Source of the DNA: a virus
Virus genome (UHGV): UHGV-0028991
Length of the DNA stretch: 64,000 nucleotides
Strand: one strand, 5' to 3'
Position numbers and translations under genes: made by a program. The stretch's first letter is position 1; every line of letters begins with the position of its first letter. Below, piece by piece: positions 37,512-47,411 of the stretch. The notes under the pieces were generated by a model. The model made no database searches. It was not told where the DNA came from and saw nothing but the letters and a program-made list of their open reading frames with translations.

Positions 37512-38402
37512 GTGCCGACAGCAAAAAAGAAAGCTCCGACCAAAAGCATTAGGACGGATAGCAGGAATGTGCGGCTGTGCATTGCCTGTGGGTCAAGAAA
37601 GCCAATAAGCGATTTTTACTCAACGACATCCGTTCCCAACATGCAATTTTTTGTGTGCCGCAGGTGTGGCAAAAGATTACTTAAAGACCACACAGATAAG
37701 GTAGAAAAGCCGATGGCAGCACTGTGGCTTGTTTTGGCGCAAATGGGCGTACCGTTCATTTTAGAGGCGTGGTACGCCGCTTCGGAAATGTATGAAAACG
37801 ACAAAACGGGTGATTTAATTACATTCTACTTGATTTCGCTTGCTAACTTAAATCGCGTATATGAGGGCTTTTGGCAATCAGATGCCATGTTGTCCGACAT
37901 GATAAAGACGGGCGTTGGTGGCGAAGTTAAGGATATTGACCGCCATCTCGCAGACGCAAACAAGTATAGAGCGCGTTGGGGCGATTATACAGCCGATGAT
38001 TGGGATTGGCTTGAAAGAGAATATTTAGACTATACGCGCGACCTCGAAGCCATATCTGTTTCGGCGGAAAAGGCATATAGGTCTTTATGCAAATGCAATT
38101 TGCGCTTTAAGAAAGAAAGCGAGGCAGGCGAAGAAACAAAATCTACAACTGATGAAATCCTGAAATGGATGAAATTGTTGCGCATAGATGATTTCAGAGA
38201 CAATACAAAATCGGACGAAGATAGATACATAGACCACTTGGCATGGAAATTTGAGAATACTGAGCCTGCTGAATTGACGGATGAGGAGCGGTATAAGGAT
38301 GTTAAGGGCTATGAGAAAATATATAATGATTGGATGCGGTCAATGCAGAATATGATTGCGGGGACGAAGAGCTACCCCAATATTCCTAAGGAGCAGTTGT
38401 AA
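37512..38402 (+). CDS. putative terminase small subunit / DNA-packaging accessory protein
   Basis: 296 aa. Lies directly upstream of the terminase large subunit; N-terminal zinc ribbon CIACGSR...CRRCGK. Confidence 0.35.
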   Translation: MPTAKKKAPTKSIRTDSRNVRLCIACGSRKPISDFYSTTSVPNMQFFVCRRCGKRLLKDHTDKVEKPMAALWLVLAQMGVPFILEAWYAASEMYENDKTGDLITFYLISLANLNRVYEGFWQSDAMLSDMIKTGVGGEVKDIDRHLADANKYRARWGDYTADDWDWLEREYLDYTRDLEAISVSAEKAYRSLCKCNLRFKKESEAGEETKSTTDEILKWMKLLRIDDFRDNTKSDEDRYIDHLAWKFENTEPAELTDEERYKDVKGYEKIYNDWMRSMQNMIAGTKSYPNIPKEQL

Positions 38403-39286
38403 TGCCGACCGCAAGAGAAAACGAACAATTCCGCAAGTCCGAAAATGTCAAAAAGTGGATAACTTATTATCGCAGGAATTGGGACTTATTTGCTGAAGAA
38501 GTTCTTGGCATTAAGCTATATCCTGTGCAGAAGCTGAAATTGCACATGATAGGTGTTGCCGACGAATATTGGGACTTTTCGTCTCGTTCAACGGCGAAGT
38601 CTTTTATTGTTGGTGTTGCCGCATTTTGTGCAATGAGTTTATATCCGCATTCAGAAATTGTTGTTACATCATCTTCTATCCCGCAGTCTGCAAGACTTGT
38701 AAGAGATAAGATGATAAAAGAAATCATTAAGAAATATTCGCCATATTTGAAGTATTTGTATGAGAAGGGCTATTTGACAGTTAAAATGCTTGATGAGGGC
38801 GTTTTCGTCTTAACGAACACATTAAATGAATCAACGACAACGGTCGCTGTGTGTTCTGAAAATGCTCGTGGTATGCGTTCCACATTTACGATATATGAAG
38901 AGACGCGATTGCTGAAGAAGTCAATTCTCGACTCTGTATTTGAGCCGATGGGGCACGAGCGTCCTGCGCCGTTTACACTTGACCCTAAGTATAAAACAGA
39001 CAGGTGGATAAAGGCGGCAAAATCTTGCTATATTTCATCTACTCGGTATGAGTGGGAATGGTTTATCAGAGAATACAGAAAATGCGTTGAGGGCTATTAT
39101 ACATCAAAGCACGAGAAGTACATTCCTATGGCAGAGGACATTTATACTGCAATTCAAGAAGGAAGCCGAACATGGGCGGACTATCGAAAGGCAAAGAAGA
39201 AAATGTCCAAAGCGGATTTGAAAAGGTTCGCATTAAACATATTGAATTGCTGGAATACCCTTAGAGTTTTATCAGCTACAACATAA
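38402..39286 (+). CDS. terL: terminase large subunit, N-terminal ATPase segment
   Basis: 294 aa. LYPVQKLKL, SSRSTAKSFIVGVAAF (deviant Walker A, compare T4 gp17 SRQLGKT) and ARGMRSTFTIYEETRLL (Walker B region, compare T4 gp17 ARGNSFAMIYIDE). Confidence 0.6.
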   Translation: MPTARENEQFRKSENVKKWITYYRRNWDLFAEEVLGIKLYPVQKLKLHMIGVADEYWDFSSRSTAKSFIVGVAAFCAMSLYPHSEIVVTSSSIPQSARLVRDKMIKEIIKKYSPYLKYLYEKGYLTVKMLDEGVFVLTNTLNESTTTVAVCSENARGMRSTFTIYEETRLLKKSILDSVFEPMGHERPAPFTLDPKYKTDRWIKAAKSCYISSTRYEWEWFIREYRKCVEGYYTSKHEKYIPMAEDIYTAIQEGSRTWADYRKAKKKMSKADLKRFALNILNCWNTLRVLSATT

Positions 39287-39613
39287 GCATGAAATAAGGC
39301 TAAGTGTGATATGCGAGAAAATGATAGAAATTGGGCAATCAGCAGCGAAGCCTCGAATAGAGGAACGTTCAACGACTATCCCGCAAGGGAGTACACAACA
39401 AGCGATTGGTTGTGGAAGTGGTATGCCTTTGCACAAAAGCAAAGTGAAGATATAGTCTTATCTGCGCGGAAACGCGCAGTCTTTCAAAAAAATGAGAGAA
39501 ACGAGGAGTAGCGACCTATGCTTAAAAGAGTAAATGGGGGACAGCAAGTTGCAAATTGTTTTTGTTTGTCTGCAAACAAACAAATTACCCCATTTGTTCT
39601 TGAATAATAATCT

Positions 39614-40474
39614 TTGTTGCAGGAAGGATTTTATAGCATGAATATTTTTGAGGTTAATGATAAAAATAAATTCTCTTTTAGTTGTATTTATTTATGGCAA
39701 AATCTAATAAATGGGAAGGTTTATGTTGGGCAGACGGTGGATTTTTATGCCCGCATGAAACAATATTTACGCGAAGACACAAGTAGGCGTATCTGCATGG
39801 CTATTAAAAAGTATGGATTTGATAACTTTAGTGTTGAAGTGTTGGAAAGAGACGTGTCGCACCAAAATTTAACACAACGCGAGCAGTATTGGATAGATTT
39901 TTATGATAGTGCCAACGAAGACGTCGGATACAACATATGTCCGGTAGCGGAAAGCACAAGAGGATATCACCACAGAGAAGAAGACAAGAAGAGAATGAGC
40001 GAAATAGCCAAAAAACGTTTCAAAGAACACCCAGAACAAATAAAACGCGGGAAAGAGAATCACATGTTCGGCAAAAAACATTCCGAAGAGACAAAAAAGA
40101 AAATAAGCCAAAGTATAATGGGCAACCAAAATGTAAAAGGCAAAACATGGAAGCTTTCGGAAGAAATATGTCGTCGTAGGTCGGAGAGGATGAAAGGTAA
40201 GAGGAATGGAGTGGGGCACAAATGTCCAGAAAGCGTAAAAGAGCATCTTAGAAGATATAATAAAAATCGAATCTGGACAGAGGAGATGCGAGAGCAATCG
40301 CGGATTGCACATCTTAACATTGGCGGGAAGAAACTGATGTGTGTCGAAACGGGAGTCACTTATGAATCCGTGGCTGAAGCGGGTCGTGCCTTGAACAAGG
40401 ACCCGTCCTCAATTTCTAAGTGTTGTCGCGGGCAACAACGAATCGCATATGGATTTCACTGGCAATATATATAA
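39614..40474 (+). CDS. GIY-YIG homing endonuclease with NUMOD3 repeats
   Basis: 286 aa. FSCIYLWQNLINGKVYVGQTVDFYARMKQY (GIY-YIG). HMFGKKHSEETKKKISQS (NUMOD3-like). It lies between the two terminase halves. Confidence 0.65.
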   Translation: MLQEGFYSMNIFEVNDKNKFSFSCIYLWQNLINGKVYVGQTVDFYARMKQYLREDTSRRICMAIKKYGFDNFSVEVLERDVSHQNLTQREQYWIDFYDSANEDVGYNICPVAESTRGYHHREEDKKRMSEIAKKRFKEHPEQIKRGKENHMFGKKHSEETKKKISQSIMGNQNVKGKTWKLSEEICRRRSERMKGKRNGVGHKCPESVKEHLRRYNKNRIWTEEMREQSRIAHLNIGGKKLMCVETGVTYESVAEAGRALNKDPSSISKCCRGQQRIAYGFHWQYI

Positions 40475-40502
40475 TTAACCTCAAAAAAAATAGTTTAAAA
40501 AA

Positions 40503-41483
40503 ATGTTTTCAATGGAGATGGAAAATGAAACACAGGGTAGTCCCGAAGGTGCATTCTTTAGCCTAAAGAATTTTAAGGACAATCAAGAAATTCCAGAGGC
40601 ATATGTTCCGCCTACCGATACACAAGTGTTGGCGAACACAAAGCCGCCGTTCAGAGAAAAACAAGCGGACGAAATACGGCTTGTCGGCGTTGACTACGCA
40701 TTTGCGAACACAACATTTAAGACGGGATACGGCAACGATAATACAATTATTGAGTGCTGGTCGGCTGTCTGGAAAAACGGTCGGTTCATTCGTAGTCTTG
40801 AATATATGGAACAATGGCCCGCATCGGACAGTACAGGCGCACAATGGCGCGTTCGTGAGCTGTTTTGGGACTATAATGCGGACTTCATTGTAAACGACCT
40901 TAGAGCAGGCGGAGAAACACTATATAACCTTATGACCGAAAAAAGGACGCATCCAAGGCGCGGCTATATGTGGGATTCACGAGGATTGACAGTCGCTCAG
41001 AATTTTAACTATCACCTCGTAACAGAATCAAAGCTTGCCGACTTGCGTATGCGGACGGTCGATAAGGATGCTGTTCCGTGTATTATTCCTGCTCAGGGCT
41101 CGGCACAAAAGAATGGTGTTTGGTGGCTTGCACTTAGAAAGCATCTTGAATGCAATGACATAAAGATGCTTATATCTATGGCAGACAAGCAGCAAGAGCT
41201 TGAAGATTCGGGCGAGTATTTCAAATTGACCTCAGAAGAATTGGCAGATAAGCTTGCCCCTTATGGCGAGACAGACCTGCTTATTCAGGAGGCAATCAAA
41301 CTTAACACAGAAATAAAGGGCGATAACTTATATCTTAAAGAAGACAACAAGGCGACTAAAGACCGTGTTGTTGTTATGTCTTATGTCAACATTGTAATTG
41401 ATAAAATCGAAATGGAATGGAATAAACGCCTGACCAATGACGATGAAGATTATGATATTGACGATTTACAACTTGTATATTAA
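40503..41483 (+). CDS. terL: terminase large subunit, C-terminal nuclease segment
   Basis: 326 aa. IRLVGVDYAFANTTFKTGYGNDNTIIECW matches the start of the terminase RNaseH-like nuclease domain (GxDxA...D.T). Confidence 0.55.
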   Translation: MFSMEMENETQGSPEGAFFSLKNFKDNQEIPEAYVPPTDTQVLANTKPPFREKQADEIRLVGVDYAFANTTFKTGYGNDNTIIECWSAVWKNGRFIRSLEYMEQWPASDSTGAQWRVRELFWDYNADFIVNDLRAGGETLYNLMTEKRTHPRRGYMWDSRGLTVAQNFNYHLVTESKLADLRMRTVDKDAVPCIIPAQGSAQKNGVWWLALRKHLECNDIKMLISMADKQQELEDSGEYFKLTSEELADKLAPYGETDLLIQEAIKLNTEIKGDNLYLKEDNKATKDRVVVMSYVNIVIDKIEMEWNKRLTNDDEDYDIDDLQLVY

Positions 41484-41504
41484 CGGACAGAAAGGAGGTG
41501 CGGT

Positions 41505-43073
41505 GTGAACGGAAAAGAAAGGCTTGAAAGAGAAGAGCTTGAGGACATTATAAAGTTTTCTGAGGGGCTTGCCTTTATGGATTCTAATTACTATTCGCCA
41601 TTTTTATCAAATGAGCTTTTGCAGAATTTGAACACAATTAAGGGCGTGCCGTCTTATGATGCCATTCAAAAGGCATTGGTTGATTTTAATTCGTGTCCTG
41701 AAAATCTGCAAATGTATAATGAGTTCGCGGCTCAATTCAACATGATATTCAGGCGCACCCTGTATTCTTATGTAAATTCTTTGGCGCTTGATCTGTCTTA
41801 TGTGTGTACAAATGCATATACAAAGGCGGACTATGAAAGCGCTGAATATGTAAAAGATAAAGCGCGGGTCGAGGACTTTCTTCTTAACTTTGATTACAAG
41901 AAAGAATTCCATAATGTCTTGATGAATGTCATGCGGCGCGAAACATATTTTACATGGTTTCGCAAATCAAAGCCTGGTAATGGCAACAAGAAAATGCGGT
42001 ATGCATTGCAGATGATGCCACAAGACAGATGTATGATTACGGGCTATTGGGAAAAGGGTTTGCTTTACTCAATGGACATGACATACTTCATGCAGCCGGG
42101 CGTTGATATTGGTGAATTTGACCCCGCTATACGCAAGATGTATGAGCGGGTTATGGAATCTCCAGGCATTGATTATAAACCGTCTGCGCCATTAAATAAG
42201 CGAACTGGCACATATGCATTGTGGGCAGATGCGTCACCTGTTCTCGGAGCCTATGCTTTCAAAATGGACCCATCAACATTTTCGCCCGTGCCGTTCTTGG
42301 CATCTTTTGTTAAGAATATTATTCGGGACGAAGAAGTTGAGCGCTTGCAATACAATAAAGACCTGATTTCGGCATATGCAATTCTTGTCGGAACAATTCG
42401 GCTTTATGATGGTGCAAAATCCGGTGAACAAAAAGACCAGTTTGCAATTAACCTTAAACTGCTTGGGCAGCTTATGGCAAAGGCAAAGGCGGGATTCGGT
42501 TCTCTTGTTAAATTGGGGGCAATGCCTACCGAAGACAATAAACTGTTCCAGTTTGAGGATAAAAACGGCAACATGTATAAAGACCAAGTTGCGACCACTG
42601 CTGCAAGTGGCACTGGCATTAGCCGCGTCATTTATTCTACTGATAGAGTAAGCGCGGCGGAGCTTGAGGCTCAGCAGAACGAAGTTTATCAAACCATGCG
42701 CCCGATGTATGCGCAGTTTAATAACTTTATGGATTTCTTTGTTAATCAAATGACAAAGAAGTATAAGTTCAAGTTTACATTTGACGGCGCGACATATAGA
42801 TATGATCGCACTCAAAGATTTGACCAAATTAACAAATTGGCAGACAGGGGCATTGTTTTGCCGCCATCTGCTTGGGCATCTGTTTTAGGGCAGAACCCCG
42901 CATTGTTTGAGGCGGCTTTGAGAGAGAGCAAGAACACTGGATGGCTTGAGCAATATAGCCAACTTATGGTAAACATCAATACAACTTCGCAGGAATCAGA
43001 AGGTGGCAGACCGCGCGAAGAAGGAGCGGTAGATGCTGCGACCGAGGCAAGCCGCGAATTGTATGCCGATTAA
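41505..43073 (+). CDS. portal protein (putative)
   Basis: 522 aa. Position immediately after the terminase and size typical of portals; acidic C-terminus. Confidence 0.45.
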   Translation: MNGKERLEREELEDIIKFSEGLAFMDSNYYSPFLSNELLQNLNTIKGVPSYDAIQKALVDFNSCPENLQMYNEFAAQFNMIFRRTLYSYVNSLALDLSYVCTNAYTKADYESAEYVKDKARVEDFLLNFDYKKEFHNVLMNVMRRETYFTWFRKSKPGNGNKKMRYALQMMPQDRCMITGYWEKGLLYSMDMTYFMQPGVDIGEFDPAIRKMYERVMESPGIDYKPSAPLNKRTGTYALWADASPVLGAYAFKMDPSTFSPVPFLASFVKNIIRDEEVERLQYNKDLISAYAILVGTIRLYDGAKSGEQKDQFAINLKLLGQLMAKAKAGFGSLVKLGAMPTEDNKLFQFEDKNGNMYKDQVATTAASGTGISRVIYSTDRVSAAELEAQQNEVYQTMRPMYAQFNNFMDFFVNQMTKKYKFKFTFDGATYRYDRTQRFDQINKLADRGIVLPPSAWASVLGQNPALFEAALRESKNTGWLEQYSQLMVNINTTSQESEGGRPREEGAVDAATEASRELYAD

Positions 43074-43089
43074 GAAGCAGGGGTAAGAT

Positions 43090-43275
43090 ATGATTATTCT
43101 TGGAAGTCCAAAAGACGATGAACTTGACCAGTATATCTGTCTCGACGGACCTATTGCGAATGGTGCACATGCCGCAGGAATCCCGCCTAAGTATAAAGAC
43201 GCTGACGGCTTTCTGTGGTTTAAGCGCACTAAAAAGTTATTGAGGTTTTTAGCGGATATTAGTTATGAGCCTTGA
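43090..43275 (+). CDS. small hypothetical protein (paralog 1 of LWFKRTKK family)
   Basis: 61 aa. ...YICLDGPIANGAHAAGIPPKYKDADGFLWFKRTKKLLRFLAD. Confidence 0.4.
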   Translation: MIILGSPKDDELDQYICLDGPIANGAHAAGIPPKYKDADGFLWFKRTKKLLRFLADISYEP

Positions 43276-43342
43276 TATATTAAGGAAAGCGAAAAACATC
43301 AAAAGGTTTTATTTGGGAATATGCAAGCCGTGAGATGCTTGA

Positions 43343-43870
43343 ATGAGGATGAATAATATGATTGTATCTAAGAATACGCAAGATGCGCTGATGGAGCTTA
43401 TTAAGCAGTGTTTTGTCGAGAACCGCAAATTCGACCGCATGGTGTCTGTGCTCGGCGTCAAGTTTGCCATGAACCAAACTGCCGACCGCATTCATCATGG
43501 TATTGCACATTGGTTTCCTGCACTGAGTGACCTAATTGGCGAGCGCACGTTGGAGCGTTATAATATCGCCGTCATCTATGGCGAGACGCCAAGTGGCGCT
43601 GAGGATTATGACAGAGCCGGCGACATTATTGCTGAGGTTGAACGACGTGTCATTGATTTCCAGATGATGTTTATGGGCGTATGCAAAATTGCGCTTGATA
43701 ACAACGACATCCATGTTTATGCCGATTTGCTGGATATGTTGGAGGATGTAAATGAAATCGTCGAGCAGGTAATTTTGCTCAATGATAAGATGGTCATTTA
43801 TGGCGATGAAAGAATCGGCGCTTATGACCACGATGTTCCTGACTTTTGGATTCTCAAGGAGTCCAACTAA
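43343..43870 (+). CDS. hypothetical protein
   Basis: 175 aa ORF between the two paralogous small genes. Confidence 0.4.
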   Translation: MRMNNMIVSKNTQDALMELIKQCFVENRKFDRMVSVLGVKFAMNQTADRIHHGIAHWFPALSDLIGERTLERYNIAVIYGETPSGAEDYDRAGDIIAEVERRVIDFQMMFMGVCKIALDNNDIHVYADLLDMLEDVNEIVEQVILLNDKMVIYGDERIGAYDHDVPDFWILKESN

Positions 43871-43871
43871 C

Positions 43872-44060
43872 ATGATTCGACTTGGCACACCTGCAGATGT
43901 GAGTAAATATGTATGCCTTGATGGCAATTTGGCGTTTATGGCGCATCATGCAGGTAACATTCCTGGGTGGAAAGATGATGATGATAGCTTGTGGTTCAAG
44001 CGCACTAAAAAGATTAAAAAGATGTTGAAGTTCTGTGCTGATAACGGCATTGAGCTTTAA
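43872..44060 (+). CDS. small hypothetical protein (paralog 2 of LWFKRTKK family)
   Basis: 62 aa from ATG 43872. MIRLGTPADVSKYVCLDGNLAFMAHHAGNIPGWKDDDDSLWFKRTKKIKKMLKFCAD. A 21 nt stretch is near-identical to paralog 1. Confidence 0.4.
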   Translation: MIRLGTPADVSKYVCLDGNLAFMAHHAGNIPGWKDDDDSLWFKRTKKIKKMLKFCADNGIEL

Positions 44061-44065
44061 TATAT

Positions 44066-45757
44066 TTGCTATCCTTGAGGAAAGGAGGTAAGGAATTGCA
44101 GAGAGAATATAACTTTGCAGTAGAGGAAATCAAGCGGATTGAATTTTCCGATTATGACGAGCAGGAGTTCAGCATTGCCAGATTGGGCTTTATTTCTACT
44201 CGCCCTAACAGCCATGGTATTGGCATTGATGAGGATTGCTTGCGGGCATCTGCGCCGTCTGCGCTTGGTATGTGGATTGTGGCTAAGATGTTTATGGGTG
44301 ATGCGACCACGCATGAAGCCGATGAGCATATTGTGGGCATGATTCCCAAAGACCAAGACATTGAGTTCGTTGAAGATAACAACGGTTATCTGCGGGCATA
44401 TTGCGACGCTATCATTAGTAAGCGATATGCGGCTGATTTCTGTGAGATTTTTGAGAAAGACAATGAACGCGCAGTTAGCATCGAGGCGAAATTCACTATG
44501 AAGCCAGATGATGAAAATGAGGCCGAGTCGTTTAGTATCAAGGGTGTGACTGTGTTGGGTAAACGTGTTAAACCCAGCTGTCCTGAGAGCGATATTGCAT
44601 TTGTGCGGTTCAGTGAAAGCGACGCCGAGGATTATTATCGTGCGCGTCATGGCGATGCCGTATCTAATCTAACCAAATTTGTTGAAACGAGGAAACAATC
44701 TATGGCTGAAAAGAAATATGTATCTCATCCCATCAACACTTCTAAAGACGCCGTTTATACTGGTGAGTGGGATGGAAACAAGGCCAAGCAAGATTTGATT
44801 AAAGAGAAGAATTATAAATCTCTCGCACCAAAGGTCTGTCTCAATCTTGAGGAAGGCTGGGAGGACAGAGAGGTGACTAAGCTTGGCTACCCCGTAATGG
44901 GGTTGTTCGACGGCGAATGGCGTTATTCAACTCGTGCTCTTGCTTCTGCTTTGGCTTATGCTAAACAGAATGACGAGCAGGAGGTTTTGAATAAATTAAA
45001 AGAAATCTATGATGAATTAGATTTGAATGAAAAGGGAAAGGAGGACGATGAAAAAATGAGCAAAGAAGTTGCATTTGCGGCTGTTGACCTCAATCTTATG
45101 TGGACGAAAATCAATGATGAGCTTCGTGCAAGAAATTATGATTGGCGTTGGTACATTGACGGCATTTTTGAACAGGACAATAAAAAGTTCGTGATTATCA
45201 GAAATGATGACGGCGACAGATTCCGTATTAATTTTAGCTATACGGAAGATGGGCTGTTCATGGACGATGAAATGGTCAAAGTTGACATTGAGTTTGTCGA
45301 AACCGATGATATTAAGCGGTTCTCTTGCCCTGAAGAGTTCAAACATCTCATGGGTGAAGAGGGCAAGTCTGAAGATGAGCCCGACGAAAAAGACGCAATT
45401 ATTATGCAGAAAGATGCCGAAATCGACGAGTTGAGAAAAGAGCTTGACGAACTGAAAGCATACAAGGCGGCGATTGAAGAAAAAGAGATTGCTAAGCGCG
45501 TTGAAGATATTTTGGATGAAGTCAAGGATTATCTTGATACCGACAAATATCAGGAACTGCGTGCCGAGGGACTTGCTTGTGGCAAGGACGAGATTGATGC
45601 TTTTGGTAATAAGGTTAAGGCACAGTGCTTTAATGCGTTCAAAAAGGCGGCAAAGAAAGACGCAGATAAAATCTTCGCTTTCTCTAAACCGATTGAAATT
45701 CAAAAGAAAGATATGTCTACCATGAATGTATGGGACAGAATCAAAGAAAATTATTAA
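44066..45757 (+). CDS. putative head scaffolding protein, possibly fused to prohead protease
   Basis: 563 aa. Lies between the portal and capsid genes. C-terminal third is a charged coiled coil (DAEIDELRKELDELKAYKAAIEEKE). Weak prohead-protease-like N-terminal features. Confidence 0.3.
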   Translation: MLSLRKGGKELQREYNFAVEEIKRIEFSDYDEQEFSIARLGFISTRPNSHGIGIDEDCLRASAPSALGMWIVAKMFMGDATTHEADEHIVGMIPKDQDIEFVEDNNGYLRAYCDAIISKRYAADFCEIFEKDNERAVSIEAKFTMKPDDENEAESFSIKGVTVLGKRVKPSCPESDIAFVRFSESDAEDYYRARHGDAVSNLTKFVETRKQSMAEKKYVSHPINTSKDAVYTGEWDGNKAKQDLIKEKNYKSLAPKVCLNLEEGWEDREVTKLGYPVMGLFDGEWRYSTRALASALAYAKQNDEQEVLNKLKEIYDELDLNEKGKEDDEKMSKEVAFAAVDLNLMWTKINDELRARNYDWRWYIDGIFEQDNKKFVIIRNDDGDRFRINFSYTEDGLFMDDEMVKVDIEFVETDDIKRFSCPEEFKHLMGEEGKSEDEPDEKDAIIMQKDAEIDELRKELDELKAYKAAIEEKEIAKRVEDILDEVKDYLDTDKYQELRAEGLACGKDEIDAFGNKVKAQCFNAFKKAAKKDADKIFAFSKPIEIQKKDMSTMNVWDRIKENY

Positions 45758-45775
45758 GATAGGAGATTAAATAAT

Positions 45776-46327
45776 ATGGCTAAGAATCATGGCATTCTGA
45801 TTTCCTCGCACTTGATGGCGTGGGACAATGATGCGCTGACTATGTGCGGCGTATATGCAGACGGCGACCTTGATAATGGTCAGCTTGTCACTCTTGATGG
45901 CATTCGCAAGAATGCAACTACTGGCGCAGTGCAGGGTTACGACTATGCGGTTAAGCCCGCAACGGCTGGCGCTGATAATGTTTGGCTCGTTGAGAGCCCC
46001 GAGCTCGGTTATACGCTCGAGACGCAGATTCACGACGACCCGCGCTACTTCTACAATGAAGCTGGCAAGCCGATGAGCCTGCGGGCTGTCATGGGCGGTG
46101 TTGACTGCTTTGAAATCACTAAAGAACTGTTTGCCGCTGGCACTCTGCCCGCAGTTGGCGACATCGGCAAGTATGTTGCTCCTGCTGCTGACGGCAAGTA
46201 TGCAGCGCCCGCAGCTGCTGCTCCTGAGTCTGGCGCTTACTTCCGCATTGAGGGTCTGACGACCATTAAGTGCGGTTTTGAGGAAGTTCCCGCTGTTCTC
46301 CTGCGCTGCATGGCGAACTATCACTAA
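45776..46327 (+). CDS. hypothetical head protein (decoration or minor capsid candidate)
   Basis: 183 aa. GC-rich codon usage like the capsid gene; Ala/Pro-rich linker APAADGKYAAPAAAAP. Confidence 0.35.
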   Translation: MAKNHGILISSHLMAWDNDALTMCGVYADGDLDNGQLVTLDGIRKNATTGAVQGYDYAVKPATAGADNVWLVESPELGYTLETQIHDDPRYFYNEAGKPMSLRAVMGGVDCFEITKELFAAGTLPAVGDIGKYVAPAADGKYAAPAAAAPESGAYFRIEGLTTIKCGFEEVPAVLLRCMANYH

Positions 46328-46337
46328 TTAAGAGACT

Positions 46338-47399
46338 TTGAAAGGAGAATATTATAATATGCTGACGAATCAAGAACTGATTAAGTTTGCTGCTGGAAAC
46401 ACTGATTTCTATGAAGCAGCAATGTCTTATGTTGTAGATAAAGAGCGTTCCTCTGAGAAGAAGGGTCTGCTTCAGACCGCTTTCATGTCCGAGGTTGAGC
46501 GCAAGTCCGGCGTTGCACGCGAAGGTCTTGAGCAGGATGCGTGGATTAACCATCCGTCTGTTCAGTGGGCTGCACTTTCGATTGCAAATGCGACCGTCCG
46601 TGCAATTATTCCGCAGACCATTCTGCCGCAGTTTAACCTGTTCGCTGATATGCGCACTGAGAACGCTGGCGATGTAGTCAAGTTCCGCGTGCCTGCAAGA
46701 GGTTACTATCTTGTGAGCAAGGGCGGTCGTTCTGAAAGAACTTCCTTTAGACAGCACGGTTATTCCACCGATGTGACTGTTGCTCCCGAGGAACGCATTG
46801 TTACCGTTTTTGCTAAGATGTACAATGTTCTCGCAGGCAAGGAAGATATCGGCGAGATGCTGATGTGGGTTGTGGCATCTATCAACGCCGCAATGTATGG
46901 CGACGCGCTGAATATTCTGACCGCTGGTCTGGCTACCATTCCTGCAGGTGCTCTGAGCGTTACTGGCGCATTCGACATCAAGACGCTTGTCAAGATGGGC
47001 GAAACTGTGCAGTATCGTAATGGCGGCGTGCGTCCTGTATTTGCAGGTTCTGCTACTGCTCTTATGAATGTTGTCCCGGACAGCACTTCTGGATATCGTC
47101 TGAATGTTGATGGCGAAGGCGACGGCAAGGTTGAGCTTATGAGAAGCATTATGGGCTTTGATGTGCTGAAGCTTGACAACGCTGTTGGCGCTGATGGTCA
47201 GCTCGTTCTGCCCGACAATAAGATTTATGTTGTTTCTCCGTCTCAGGACAAACTGCTGAAAGGCGTTCTGTCCACGAAACTGACGAACAGCAATGATTTC
47301 TATATGAATGCCGACATCACCAGCAACTTCACGCAGAGAATCAGCTATGCATTTGCATATGCTTCTTCTGCTTACGCTGGCGTTTACACCATTCAGTAA
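46338..47399 (+). CDS. putative major capsid protein
   Basis: 353 aa. Position after the scaffold gene; highest-GC, codon-biased gene in the window; followed by a terminator. Confidence 0.45.
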   Translation: MKGEYYNMLTNQELIKFAAGNTDFYEAAMSYVVDKERSSEKKGLLQTAFMSEVERKSGVAREGLEQDAWINHPSVQWAALSIANATVRAIIPQTILPQFNLFADMRTENAGDVVKFRVPARGYYLVSKGGRSERTSFRQHGYSTDVTVAPEERIVTVFAKMYNVLAGKEDIGEMLMWVVASINAAMYGDALNILTAGLATIPAGALSVTGAFDIKTLVKMGETVQYRNGGVRPVFAGSATALMNVVPDSTSGYRLNVDGEGDGKVELMRSIMGFDVLKLDNAVGADGQLVLPDNKIYVVSPSQDKLLKGVLSTKLTNSNDFYMNADITSNFTQRISYAFAYASSAYAGVYTIQ

Positions 47400-47411
47400 G
47401 TAATGCATTGT

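Noticed and set aside
39311-39511. 66 aa ORF in the terminase insert
   Set aside because: It sits in the presumed intron 5' region with no ribosome-binding site. The downstream GIY-YIG endonuclease gene is the credible insert-encoded gene.
45017-46324. Minus-strand ORFs of 228 and 185 aa antisense to the scaffold and head genes
   Set aside because: Low-complexity Leu/Phe/Ser-rich shadows of a plus-strand structural operon.
46266-47408. 380 aa minus-strand ORF antisense to the capsid gene
   Set aside because: The GC-rich, codon-biased capsid gene generates a long stop-free antisense frame. Its product is Arg/Ser/Cys-rich low-complexity and has no start context.
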